From positions 42,613 to 106,612 of IMG/VR virus record IMGVR_UViG_3300023179_000040: DNA of 64,000 nt. One strand, 5' to 3'. Source of the DNA: a virus. Shown here piece after piece: positions 40,883 to 50,538 of this stretch (position 1 is the first letter of the stretch; every line of letters begins with the position of its first letter). The notes beneath the pieces are model-generated. The model had not been told where the DNA came from. It ran no database searches and was given only the letters and a program-made list of their open reading frames with translations. The translations under genes and the position numbers were made by a program.

Positions 40883-42045
40883 ATATAATCTTTAATTTGT
40901 GGTATAATTTGTTGATTAATTTCGTCCAAAGTCATATCTGCAACATCTTGTGATGAAATATCTATATTAATAATATTGTATGTTTTTTCACATTTTGATC
41001 TGATTTGTTGAGCGGCTTTTTTACCAGCATCATCATTATCCATTATGGTTATAATAGTCATAGCGCCAGAAGTATCCAGTATCATTTTTTGTCGATCACC
41101 TAAGGAAGATCCAAATATACCAACAACATTCAATATACCCGCCTCCGATAATCTCCAAACATTTCCTGGGCTTTCAACAAGAATTACTGCAGCAGTTTCT
41201 TTGATTCTAGGTTTAGCTACCCAATAATTGTATAGGTGTTCTTGCGTTTTAAATCCTGTATTATGTCTCCATTTGGAATATTTCCAAATATTTTCTTGTG
41301 ATGGACACGATTGTGCTGGGTCGTGATAAGCTCTGCAAGAAGAACATTTTTCATATATACTTCTACCAGTACATCCAACCATATATTTATGGTCTTCATC
41401 ATATATAGGTACCACCGCTCTTCCGTACATTTCTTTATCTAAGATTTTACAATCCCCAACATCATAATTAATTAAAGTTTGTTTATTAAAACCTCTAGAT
41501 ATAAAATAATCAGAAGGAATATTTAAACTTTTTCTGATAATATCTTTAGATATTTTGGTAATATTATTATGATTGTTATTACTCAGATATTTGACAGTAT
41601 TGACGAACGTACTTTTTTCTTTATATTTTCTAGAAACTTTAATAGAGTCTAGATCTTGTTCAATAAAAGATAAAGCGAAATCTAGAGCCTCTTGAAATGA
41701 GCACATCTGATCGCCTTCCTTATTCCACCCATAAGAATTATGAGACAAACAGCCACGTATAAAACCTATAATAGAGCCCTTGAAGACTTCTTCACATTGA
41801 TGGGTTCTACATTTCCAATTACCTCTATAATGATCTCCTTGATAATAAATATTTAGGGCTGTCTCATTATCTCCACCATGTATAGGACAACTCATGGCTA
41901 TTAGCTTACCAAGATTTTTATATGACTCGATACCTAGTATATTCAATAAACCATCAATATCATTACAAAGCATATCTGATATATATTTCAGTTTTGCTTG
42001 ATCATACGAACGGTATGTTTTCTGTTTGTTCTTCATGGTTATCAT
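40879..42045 (-). CDS. dnaG: DNA primase (Zn-binding domain plus Toprim)
   Basis: CPIHGGDN...CRTHQC, VVPIYD, GCTGR, LVESP, MDNDDAG. Confidence 0.85.
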   Translation of the reverse strand: MITMKNKQKTYRSYDQAKLKYISDMLCNDIDGLLNILGIESYKNLGKLIAMSCPIHGGDNETALNIYYQGDHYRGNWKCRTHQCEEVFKGSIIGFIRGCLSHNSYGWNKEGDQMCSFQEALDFALSFIEQDLDSIKVSRKYKEKSTFVNTVKYLSNNNHNNITKISKDIIRKSLNIPSDYFISRGFNKQTLINYDVGDCKILDKEMYGRAVVPIYDEDHKYMVGCTGRSIYEKCSSCRAYHDPAQSCPSQENIWKYSKWRHNTGFKTQEHLYNYWVAKPRIKETAAVILVESPGNVWRLSEAGILNVVGIFGSSLGDRQKMILDTSGAMTIITIMDNDDAGKKAAQQIRSKCEKTYNIINIDISSQDVADMTLDEINQQIIPQIKDYI

Positions 42046-43471
42046 TGATTATAAACCCAGCCTCATTAGTCTTATTGTTGTGCATTACTTCTAATTTTGT
42101 TTTACCTTCTACGATCTTAGCACACCAACCCTTCATATGACAATTTATATAGTCATTATCGTCTAATCCTCCTCCATGTCTACTAATAACAGGAATAAGC
42201 TTTCTATTACCGGACTTTCCACCATCTTCCGCAATTTCTTCATCTGATTTTCTTTTGAAGATAGAAAAATTACTACACAACCAAATAATTCTATCTGATC
42301 CACTAGCTGAATCGGTGCTTTCTTTAGTGATACCGTCGCGGTTCAACTGAATAAAAGCTAAAATAGGCACCTTGTATTTAACGGCAAAATTATGCAAAGC
42401 TGTCATCATGAAGCCTAGAATTTGATATTCTTTTAAGTCTTGAGATAACCCATTAGAATCCATAAGCTTGAGATAATCATATATAATAACGCAATCTTTT
42501 GCTGTACCGTCATCATTCAAACCAACATCTTTGACTAACCATCTACGCATTATAGCTAATTGTTCATCAAATGGTTTTCCTGCAATAGATTTATGAAATA
42601 ATGGTGCATTTTTTAGCACCGATACCGCTTCTTTAATTTTGGCGCTATTTACAGGCGACTCAGCAAATTTTCCGCTCTCAATTTTATTAATTTCTATTTC
42701 GGTAGACATAGCTAATAGTCTATGTATATGGTCTTCTTTATTCATTTCTGTATCCATATTCAATACCGGAATATTCTGTTTGGCGATGTGTAGCCCGATA
42801 TTATCAGATAGTAATGTTTTACCAACCTTTGGTCTAGCACCAATAACATTGATGGTGCCTTTTCTTAATCCTCCGCCAATTGCTTGATCATAAACAGGTA
42901 AGCCGGTTGAAATACCCACTTGATCAACAGGATTGCTTTGTAAATAGTCTATATAGTCATCAATACCATCTGATATTGGAATAGGATTATTGTCTTTATC
43001 GTTATTTAATGACGAACCAAAATTGAGCACAGTATCTTCTGCTATACCTAGAATAGAAGAAATACTCTCAGAGCCATTAATATCTAAAAGCTTTTCTTGA
43101 GTATCTCCAAGGGCTTTATGTAAAGATCTAGCTATTTCTAGCTTGCGAATCTTAACTGCAAATTTTCTAATATTCTCTTTTAGAACAGGAAAGTCCTTGA
43201 TAGCTTTTAAATGCTGTGTTTCCTCTTTTTGAGATAAGATATGGGATACGCCTAGTTCTTGCGCCTTAGAATATATAGATGCTATATCTATAGACTTAAT
43301 ATTTTGATCTTTTTCTATTAAGTCTTTACAACACCTAAAAATCATTTGGTTACTATCAACAGTAAATGTTGAATCCTGTACAATATCGCTAATGTCAAGA
43401 TAAACATCTTCACCGAACTGTAACAATCCACTTAAAACCGCTCTTTCTGCCGAAGTATCACACAAAATCAT
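42002..43471 (-). CDS. dnaB: Replicative helicase
   Basis: AERAVL, GARPKVGKT, DTEM, YDYLKL, QLNR. Confidence 0.92.
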   Translation of the reverse strand: MILCDTSAERAVLSGLLQFGEDVYLDISDIVQDSTFTVDSNQMIFRCCKDLIEKDQNIKSIDIASIYSKAQELGVSHILSQKEETQHLKAIKDFPVLKENIRKFAVKIRKLEIARSLHKALGDTQEKLLDINGSESISSILGIAEDTVLNFGSSLNNDKDNNPIPISDGIDDYIDYLQSNPVDQVGISTGLPVYDQAIGGGLRKGTINVIGARPKVGKTLLSDNIGLHIAKQNIPVLNMDTEMNKEDHIHRLLAMSTEIEINKIESGKFAESPVNSAKIKEAVSVLKNAPLFHKSIAGKPFDEQLAIMRRWLVKDVGLNDDGTAKDCVIIYDYLKLMDSNGLSQDLKEYQILGFMMTALHNFAVKYKVPILAFIQLNRDGITKESTDSASGSDRIIWLCSNFSIFKRKSDEEIAEDGGKSGNRKLIPVISRHGGGLDDNDYINCHMKGWCAKIVEGKTKLEVMHNNKTNEAGFIINDNHEEQTENIPFV

Positions 43472-43475
43472 ATTA

Positions 43476-43880
43476 TTAACCAGCCGAAGCTGCGCACCTA
43501 TTACATTTGTATCGAGTTGCTGATTCTACCAAACTTGGACTAATTTTTTCTTTTTTACCACAGACTCTACACATAACTTCCACAGGCTCAAATTCTCTTG
43601 TTCTAGCCACTGGCGGATGCTTCAATAGGCTTTTATCTATTGATACATCTTCTTTATGCATATTCATTTCTGGCATAGATAGAAATTTATTAACTCTTGT
43701 TGGTTGAGTATGTGAGTTGTTAGGCGTTTCCTGTTTTTGAGGGGACACCTTAAACTCTGTATTATTCTGTGTAGATACCGAACCTGTCTGCTGCTTATCT
43801 TGTTCTGGTAACAAAGACTGCAATAGGCTTATAAGTTGTTGTATTTGCTGTGGGTTTTTTGTTAACTCATTAAGATCCAT
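43476..43880 (-). CDS. Zn-ribbon hypothetical protein
   Basis: CRVC...CNRC. Confidence 0.55.
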   Translation of the reverse strand: MDLNELTKNPQQIQQLISLLQSLLPEQDKQQTGSVSTQNNTEFKVSPQKQETPNNSHTQPTRVNKFLSMPEMNMHKEDVSIDKSLLKHPPVARTREFEPVEVMCRVCGKKEKISPSLVESATRYKCNRCAASAG

Positions 43881-44352
43881 GTTTCACCTTAGACTTTTGT
43901 ATAGATAACATAATATCGGACAAATGTTTTATATTATTCGCTAAATACTGTAATCTGTCACTACGTTGTTTCGCGTATTTTTTTATCTTATTCAAAGATA
44001 TGGCTTTATCATTATTCTTAATTGCTTGATAAGATTTCTCTATATACCCATAACCTTTATAGTTATTAATATCATCGGCTATAGTCTCTTTTATTGTTTC
44101 ATCGGCCCAATTTAGTCTGGCTAATTCTCTATTAAGAGATCTTTGAATATGAAAAGCAAATTGACTTAATCTATATGCTATTTCACCACAAACTTCTGGT
44201 GTTGTTTTTTCTAGTTCATCTCTTGTCATTTGAAAATATTGATTTAATTCAGCCTCTGGTAAAGCATCATTCTTATATGTGCCTAATCCTATACTTCGCT
44301 CATATTCATCCAATACTTTATCCCATTCAGTAACTTGATCTTTAGTATTCAT
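43870..44352 (-). CDS. Helical hypothetical protein (possible UvsY-like recombination mediator)
   Basis: Coiled-coil character; between recA and dnaB; function is inference only. Confidence 0.35.
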   Translation of the reverse strand: MNTKDQVTEWDKVLDEYERSIGLGTYKNDALPEAELNQYFQMTRDELEKTTPEVCGEIAYRLSQFAFHIQRSLNRELARLNWADETIKETIADDINNYKGYGYIEKSYQAIKNNDKAISLNKIKKYAKQRSDRLQYLANNIKHLSDIMLSIQKSKVKHGS

Positions 44353-44749
44353 TTTTAATCCTACTTGGCCATTCATCTATTTTATCAAACGGTAGCTCTA
44401 TATGTTCTATATCGTTAATAAGACACCATTCTTTTTTATCTTGATCTCTTTTTTTGTGATTTATAAATCCTAGAGTTGTATGGTGGAAGAATCTATTAAA
44501 TTTATAGTGTTGTTCTCCATGAACCTCTATACATCTTTTAATTAATGGCAAATAGAAATCCAAATATAAAGTTTCTGATCTCCTTACCATAATAGGAACT
44601 TCTTCTAATAATTGCAATGTTGGGAAGCATGATTTAATTAAATTTCTAGCTTCTAAATGCAACGAAGACTTATTATGCAAACTACCATTAGCGATGGTAC
44701 CAATTAATTGCCAGTTATAAGAATTACCATCCAAATCCTTCACTTGCAT
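44342..44749 (-). CDS. PD-(D/E)XK endonuclease
   Basis: LDFYLP...IEVHGEQHY...RDQDKKEWC. Confidence 0.75.
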   Translation of the reverse strand: MQVKDLDGNSYNWQLIGTIANGSLHNKSSLHLEARNLIKSCFPTLQLLEEVPIMVRRSETLYLDFYLPLIKRCIEVHGEQHYKFNRFFHHTTLGFINHKKRDQDKKEWCLINDIEHIELPFDKIDEWPSRIKNEY

Positions 44750-45765
44750 GTGATGCCCATAGTTTCCTTAACTTTTGACCATAAATCTTCATAAACCTCT
44801 GGATGTTCTACTAAATATTGTCTAGCCTTTTCTAGGCCCTGAAATTTTGGCTTATCACTGACAGATGACATAGTATACCATGCTCCGCCTTTGGACACAA
44901 GCCCCAAATCTACAGACAGGTTCAATAATTCCATTTGTTTGTCTATTCCAGAACCATATCTCAAATATGATGTTATTTTACCTCCCGGAGCACCCAGTGC
45001 TGAACATACAACTTGCCAATGGACTTCTTGTCCTATTTGGGGACTATCGGTTGTTAGGTTCCATGGACTAAAATAATTTGCTTTGAGTTTGATATCCGTT
45101 TGATAAGCAATAGCCTGACCGCTCTTTTCTTTCCATTCACTATGACCCATGCCAGGATTACCCATCAAGTGAGTAATACCTATAACAATATTTTTATTTA
45201 CAGGAATAACATTCGCCACTTTTCGGCAAAATTTAGCAAGAAGTTTGGCTCCGTCTGCTCTCTGCATTTTATTCATATCGCTCGTTATCTCGGCTTCTGT
45301 ACAAAGGGCAGAATACGAATCTATAATTAGAATAGATCCTGGAACCTCATTTATAATTCTTTCTGCTATTTGCAAATATTCTTCTGCATGCAAGATCTTT
45401 CCTTCTTGAGAACCTATAATATTAAATCTTTCTAAATCTAATCCTGGTATTCCTTCTAAGTCTCTTTTTTTCAATCTACCTTCGATGTTCAGGTAGTACA
45501 CTTCTCTACCCTTTTTGAAAGATCCATGAGCGTATTGTTCTTTTTGTGCGGTTGCACAGAAATCTAGCGATGTTGTTGTTTTTCCGCATTTGGGATGTCC
45601 TGTAAGAATTACAAAACTTCCTTCTGGTATGCCTCCATTTAATACTACATCTATTGAAGGACTTACTGGGATGGTAATAAGCTTTTTATCAATAACAGCA
45701 TTTGCTGTGATTAAAATGTTATCACCAAAATTTTTTTTCACATCTTCTTTAATTGCCATTGTCAA
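44740..45765 (-). CDS. recA: RecA/UvsX recombinase
   Basis: LNGGIPEG, GHPKCGKTT, IIDSYSAL, SGQAIAY, GAWY, KFQG. Confidence 0.9.
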   Translation of the reverse strand: MTMAIKEDVKKNFGDNILITANAVIDKKLITIPVSPSIDVVLNGGIPEGSFVILTGHPKCGKTTTSLDFCATAQKEQYAHGSFKKGREVYYLNIEGRLKKRDLEGIPGLDLERFNIIGSQEGKILHAEEYLQIAERIINEVPGSILIIDSYSALCTEAEITSDMNKMQRADGAKLLAKFCRKVANVIPVNKNIVIGITHLMGNPGMGHSEWKEKSGQAIAYQTDIKLKANYFSPWNLTTDSPQIGQEVHWQVVCSALGAPGGKITSYLRYGSGIDKQMELLNLSVDLGLVSKGGAWYTMSSVSDKPKFQGLEKARQYLVEHPEVYEDLWSKVKETMGITCK

Positions 45766-46171
45766 GGTCCTTTAATTTAGATATAATATTATTCTTTTTG
45801 TTGTTTTGAAAGCTTTGTCTTCCAGATATTTTTTGTTCTCTATTAATCTCTATAGTAATCTTTGTATTCTGTTTGCTGATGATATCCTCGTGTTTTTCTA
45901 TTATAGGAATCAGGTGGGGCGCTCGCAAAGAATAGATTTTACTAGCCTCGACATCTCTTATTGCTCCTATAATAGCTTTAGGATCATATTTTGCTAATAG
46001 CTTATGAGCAGATGCTATCTGATTGCGATAGTACATACTCCATTTCTTGTTGGTCCAAAATCTAAAATGTAAATCGCATTTATCTTTTTTAGCTTTATTT
46101 TCGCATATTAGTTCAGTAATATATTGAGCCGCAGATACTTTTTTGTCGTTAGAGTATTTGGATATGTACAT
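45749..46171 (-). CDS. Hypothetical protein
   Basis: Coupled ORF directly upstream of recA. Confidence 0.55.
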   Translation of the reverse strand: MYISKYSNDKKVSAAQYITELICENKAKKDKCDLHFRFWTNKKWSMYYRNQIASAHKLLAKYDPKAIIGAIRDVEASKIYSLRAPHLIPIIEKHEDIISKQNTKITIEINREQKISGRQSFQNNKKNNIISKLKDLDNGN

Positions 46172-46521
46172 TAGTTCTTTGGTCTAAAGATATATTTATC
46201 AGTATTCTTTGTTTTTGGTTGTGCTTGATTCTTTAAGGCATCATTAGCCATAGATGCTTCGCCAGTCATAATTGCTACAGAATTTATCTTTTTTCCAGCC
46301 GTTTCTCTAATCATAAGACTTTGAGATCTACTGACAGGAGCTTTAGCTGTATTAACATTATTAGTAGTAGTCGTAGCCTCGGTAGTTTTTTTATGTTTCT
46401 CCAAGGCTTTTAGTATTTGAGGTTCAGAGATGGATAATTCTTTAGCTATTTCATTAGTGGTTTTATTTTGACTATCAAGCCACAGTATAGCATATAAATT
46501 TGCTTTGCTAATTTTTGCCAT
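46171..46521 (-). CDS. Hypothetical protein with N-terminal HTH
   Basis: TTNEIAKELSISEPQI. Confidence 0.5.
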   Translation of the reverse strand: MAKISKANLYAILWLDSQNKTTNEIAKELSISEPQILKALEKHKKTTEATTTTNNVNTAKAPVSRSQSLMIRETAGKKINSVAIMTGEASMANDALKNQAQPKTKNTDKYIFRPKN

Positions 46522-46522
46522 T

Positions 46523-46909
46523 TTATTGAACCCTTTCTGCATTATGTAACCAAGCTATATTCTTGGTTTTTAAAAAATAAAGATACATCTCAAAACTTTT
46601 TTGATTTACTTCTTTGTATTTATTATTCGATCTACACACCCTATCCAAAAAAGAACTAGCTTGGCTTTCACCATAAATAGACAAAGGATTATACATTTTG
46701 CCCCTATTATCTAATTTAATAGTATATTTAATTGACCCATCATCTCTAATAGTTTTTATAGCAAAAATATTTTTAGATGTTTCATTTGTGCATCGAGGTT
46801 GTTCATTTTCATCTAAAAAGTCCTGAGATCCCATTATAGTATAATATGATATGGAGTTGGATTCTTTATCGACTGCGTTTGTTGTAAAATTATTTATATT
46901 ATTTGTCAT
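46523..46909 (-). CDS. Hypothetical protein, paralog of 47545-47952
   Basis: Shared YTIxG..F.D...PR, NP, SFL..+C.S, EV...F..Y..FL.TK...L.NA.R. Confidence 0.65.
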   Translation of the reverse strand: MTNNINNFTTNAVDKESNSISYYTIMGSQDFLDENEQPRCTNETSKNIFAIKTIRDDGSIKYTIKLDNRGKMYNPLSIYGESQASSFLDRVCRSNNKYKEVNQKSFEMYLYFLKTKNIAWLHNAERVQ

Positions 46910-47192
46910 TGTTAATTCCATTATTTGATTTTTCAAAAGCATGTTCCGCAGAATTTGCCAAACAATTTTCTAAGAACAGAAAAAATGCATCCAGAAATGG
47001 TTTATAATCCATACCATCTTTAATTGGTATATGATAATTTTTGGCGCATAATCCTTCGCTACTTATATCTATGCCATCATCATTTTGTTTTAAAATATTT
47101 GCGGTTATATTAAATATAAGCTCATGAGTACAATCTATTTTTTTTTGATGACCTTCAAAAATTTCTTTGTATTGCAATTCTGAATTGTCCAT
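46899..47192 (-). CDS. Hypothetical protein
   Basis: Coupled ORF in the operon. Confidence 0.5.
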   Translation of the reverse strand: MDNSELQYKEIFEGHQKKIDCTHELIFNITANILKQNDDGIDISSEGLCAKNYHIPIKDGMDYKPFLDAFFLFLENCLANSAEHAFEKSNNGINNDK

Positions 47193-47195
47193 ATC

Positions 47196-47540
47196 CTATA
47201 CCCATTTGGTTCCTTTGGTTTTTTTCATTCTGGTCATATTTTTTGGGAGTTCTGTTTTCGGGGTTTCTTCTTTATATTCATTATGACGATTATAAAGATG
47301 TATCTTTTCATCATCAGACAATCGATCTCTATTCCTATTAGCCAAATCCCCAAGAGTTTTTAATTCACTATCATTCTTTTTAATAGAGGTATTCAAAGTA
47401 GATAGATCCTCAATATATCTCCTTATAACATTTTTAGACTTACAAAACTCACAAACAGGCTTGTCGGTATATTCTCTAATAGAACAAACCAACTCAAATA
47501 CCTTTTCGCATTTTTCACAAAAAAAAGTATACGTAGGCAT
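47196..47540 (-). CDS. FmdB-family Zn-ribbon regulator
   Basis: MPTYTFFCEKC...FE...CEFC. Confidence 0.8.
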   Translation of the reverse strand: MPTYTFFCEKCEKVFELVCSIREYTDKPVCEFCKSKNVIRRYIEDLSTLNTSIKKNDSELKTLGDLANRNRDRLSDDEKIHLYNRHNEYKEETPKTELPKNMTRMKKTKGTKWV

Positions 47541-47544
47541 ATAA

Positions 47545-47952
47545 TTACTTTAGTTCTCTTTGTGCATTCTGCAAATATTTAGTACTCTTTGTTCTAAGAA
47601 ACTCTATATACTGATTAAAAACATATTCAGATACTTCTGTGAATACTTCTTCACTTTTACAAATCTTATTCAAAAAAGAGTTTTGGTTTTTGTCTCTAAC
47701 AGGATTAGTATCAATAGGATTGATGATATTTTTATTCGGATCTGTTTTAATATAAAATCTATATTGTAGAGGACTATTAAAGGCTTTACCTTTTTTATTT
47801 TTAGTACATTTTGCGAATACTAGGCTGTTCTCTATATTAACTCTGGGATAGGATAAGTCATCTATAAATTCTTCTTTACCAGATATAGTATAAAGCTTAG
47901 TTTCAAAGCTAGTTTGATGCTGTATATTGAATTGATCCCTGTTTATTTGCAT
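47545..47952 (-). CDS. Hypothetical protein, paralog of 46523-46909
   Basis: See paralog alignment. Confidence 0.65.
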   Translation of the reverse strand: MQINRDQFNIQHQTSFETKLYTISGKEEFIDDLSYPRVNIENSLVFAKCTKNKKGKAFNSPLQYRFYIKTDPNKNIINPIDTNPVRDKNQNSFLNKICKSEEVFTEVSEYVFNQYIEFLRTKSTKYLQNAQRELK

Positions 47953-47956
47953 AGCA

Positions 47957-48541
47957 TTATCCGAAATATGATGGTGGTATATACATTAACCATTCTTGTG
48001 GAATGTCATGTCTTATAGTAGATAGGTGATAGGACACAGGCAAGTATTTAAGATTTTTTTGTGGACACACTGGGATACTTAATAAGGGCATATTAGCTTG
48101 CTTTGGCGTCTTATTGTCCTTTTTTCTATTACAGTCTACACATGCAGTTACTATATTAGTCCAACAAGTTGGTGATGATATATTAAAATTCCATTTAGAT
48201 TTTGGTATAACATGATCATATGTTAATTTACTAATGTCTTTTTTAATACCGCAATATTGACAGGTATAATTATCTCTAATAAAAATATTTTTACGAGAAA
48301 AATTTACACGTTGAAAATTGAGTTTGAAATATTTACAAGTTCTCATAACACAAGGAATTGGGTATCTCTTATTATTTGTTCCAATAATATAATCGTCTTT
48401 ATAGAAATCCATAACTTCTATATCTCTATGAGATCCATTTTCATACTTTAAACTCCAAACAACTGCTCTTCTCCAATCTATTATACCTAATGGAGAATAA
48501 TCAGCGTTTAGAACTAAGCATCTATTGTTTTCCTGTTTCAT
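47957..48541 (-). CDS. HNH endonuclease
   Basis: LVLNADYSPL, RDNYTCQYCG, TYDHVIP, WTNIVTACVDCNRKK. Confidence 0.9.
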   Translation of the reverse strand: MKQENNRCLVLNADYSPLGIIDWRRAVVWSLKYENGSHRDIEVMDFYKDDYIIGTNNKRYPIPCVMRTCKYFKLNFQRVNFSRKNIFIRDNYTCQYCGIKKDISKLTYDHVIPKSKWNFNISSPTCWTNIVTACVDCNRKKDNKTPKQANMPLLSIPVCPQKNLKYLPVSYHLSTIRHDIPQEWLMYIPPSYFG

Positions 48542-50477
48542 TTTCGTAAGAATCTAACCTGCTAATAATTTTACCTATAATAGGATTTCTAACAATATCG
48601 CTATTATTTAGTACAGCCAATCCTATGCCATCGATACCATGAAGAGCTTCTATCATATTATAGAAACCTCCTTGCATATGTCTATGCAAATCCGATTGGC
48701 TAGTATCTCCTGTTAATATCATTTTACTATTATTGCCTATTCTTGTTAGTAACATTTTTAGTTGATCATAAGATGCATTCTGACATTCATCAGCAACGAT
48801 AAAAGCATTATGAAAATTACGACCTCTCATTAAACCTAAAGGAACAATTTCAATTCTGTTATTTGTCTTTAATGATGTGTATTCAGCCATAGAGATAAAA
48901 TGATTAATTTCATCTAATAATGGTAATAGGTATGGGTGTAATTTTTCTTCTGCTGTATTATGAGTTACAATATAATTATCAGTAATATATAAGTGTTCTG
49001 GATGTTCGACTCTAATACACTGTACAGGTTTGGCTACTGTCTCAACTATATCACAAATACCGATACCATGCATAAAATTATTTTTATATTTATTAGCCTT
49101 TCTAGATATATAAAATGGATTCATATCATTGGGCAAAGTAATCGTGAATTCATAACTAATATGTCTAGCTGTTATTATTCTATTTGTTTTTTTAAGTACG
49201 GATGTCCTACCTCTACGATTTATAGATCTCAATTTGGCTCTACCTCCAAGAGATTGTACTAATTCTATCACATCTTGAGCCAATTGTTTGGATGTAGTAC
49301 AGAAAGAAGCCTCTCCGGTCTTCTCTTTAACGCTACCATCTGTATCCATGAGTCCTCTAAGTAACTCTAATCTATCTGTAATCGATGAATATTTATAGAT
49401 GTTTGGAATAGATTTATGTATAGCTCTCTTACCTAGAATACCAAGATTATATATAATTTCTTTGGCCGGATTAGTATATTTTTTATTGGTGTTTTCAAAA
49501 GAATACTGAAGACCTTCTACACAAGACGATCTTCTACATCTAGCTTGTAAAGTATTATTATTTATTGCTAGGTTTTGAGAAGCCACTCCTACGGAGCTAT
49601 ACTTAGCAATATCGCCAGTATGTGTATTTATTACACAAACCCCTTTGGCTGTTTTTTTATTATATAGATTGGATCTAATATTATAGGATATCCTATTTGG
49701 CGACTGTTTGACACAATAACATCCTATAAGGGACATCTCTGTATTAACCTTCTCTATCAGCTCATTGTCTGTATTAGAGAAAGTAATACTATTAGATAGG
49801 CTACCATCTCCCAAAAGAACCCCTAGAGAATACGGAGCCATAGGTAATTTTTGTTGAATAAACTGCACCGGTTCATTTCTTGGTAAAAAATGATTAATTT
49901 TATTTTTATTGTTTAATAAAGACAAGGATATTTCTTTTGTTGTTTTGACGGATCCTTTCTTATTTCTTTTTTTATCAGAGGCTGTTTGAGTAAACCACAG
50001 ATGATCTTCACAACATTCTGTGCTTCTACCGTCTGTGGTGGTGATCCTGTATACTTGCTTTATGCCTTTTGGAAAAACTCCTACTACTTTAGTAGGTAGT
50101 CCGTCTCGACCAATTACCATATCTCCGAGTTTGATATCTCCCATTAATACCCATCCAGATGGAGTTAGTATTTTTGCATCCAGCGGTTGTGGTCCTGGTA
50201 AATATCCTATTTTTTCACCGGACTCTACTACTGGTCTAGTAATAATAATTTTCTTAACTTTATTATCTAATAAATACTCTAGTGCCATGCCGATAGCTAT
50301 GTGACTTTTCCCTGATCCTGCAACACCTTGACAAAATGTTATGGTGTTTTCGGCTACTGTTCTGATATATTCTTTTTGATTTTCACTTCTGGGTTTTAAT
50401 TGATTTCTGTATAATTGAGGAGCTTGTAATTCTTTTGTAGCATCTATAACCTTCTTCTTTTTATTATTTTTTCTCAA
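48522..50477 (-). CDS. phoH: PhoH-family ATPase, intein-containing
   Basis: GVAGSGKS, TRPVV, GYLPG|intein|TAEEK, MRGRNF, DECQN, LTRIG, GDTSQSD, VRNP. Confidence 0.93.
   Translation of the reverse strand: MRKNNKKKKVIDATKELQAPQLYRNQLKPRSENQKEYIRTVAENTITFCQGVAGSGKSHIAIGMALEYLLDNKVKKIIITRPVVESGEKIGYLPGPQPLDAKILTPSGWVLMGDIKLGDMVIGRDGLPTKVVGVFPKGIKQVYRITTTDGRSTECCEDHLWFTQTASDKKRNKKGSVKTTKEISLSLLNNKNKINHFLPRNEPVQFIQQKLPMAPYSLGVLLGDGSLSNSITFSNTDNELIEKVNTEMSLIGCYCVKQSPNRISYNIRSNLYNKKTAKGVCVINTHTGDIAKYSSVGVASQNLAINNNTLQARCRRSSCVEGLQYSFENTNKKYTNPAKEIIYNLGILGKRAIHKSIPNIYKYSSITDRLELLRGLMDTDGSVKEKTGEASFCTTSKQLAQDVIELVQSLGGRAKLRSINRRGRTSVLKKTNRIITARHISYEFTITLPNDMNPFYISRKANKYKNNFMHGIGICDIVETVAKPVQCIRVEHPEHLYITDNYIVTHNTAEEKLHPYLLPLLDEINHFISMAEYTSLKTNNRIEIVPLGLMRGRNFHNAFIVADECQNASYDQLKMLLTRIGNNSKMILTGDTSQSDLHRHMQGGFYNMIEALHGIDGIGLAVLNNSDIVRNPIIGKIISRLDSYENETGKQ
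48957..50192 (-). mobile_element. Class 3 intein (412 aa) with LAGLIDADG homing endonuclease in phoH
   Basis: Starts PQPLDAKILTP, block B EDHLW, LGVLLGDG, LRGLMDTDG, block F VQCI, ends VTHN/T. Confidence 0.9.
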
Positions 50478-50518
50478 TTGTTACCCTTTGCTTATAGAGT
50501 TATGTATACCAATTATAC

Positions 50519-50533
50519 ATTGATATATACACC
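50519..50533 (-). promoter_or_regulatory. Putative phage-specific promoter upstream of phoH
   Basis: GGTGTATATATCAAT, 56 nt before the phoH start. Confidence 0.55.
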
Positions 50534-50538
50534 ATACT

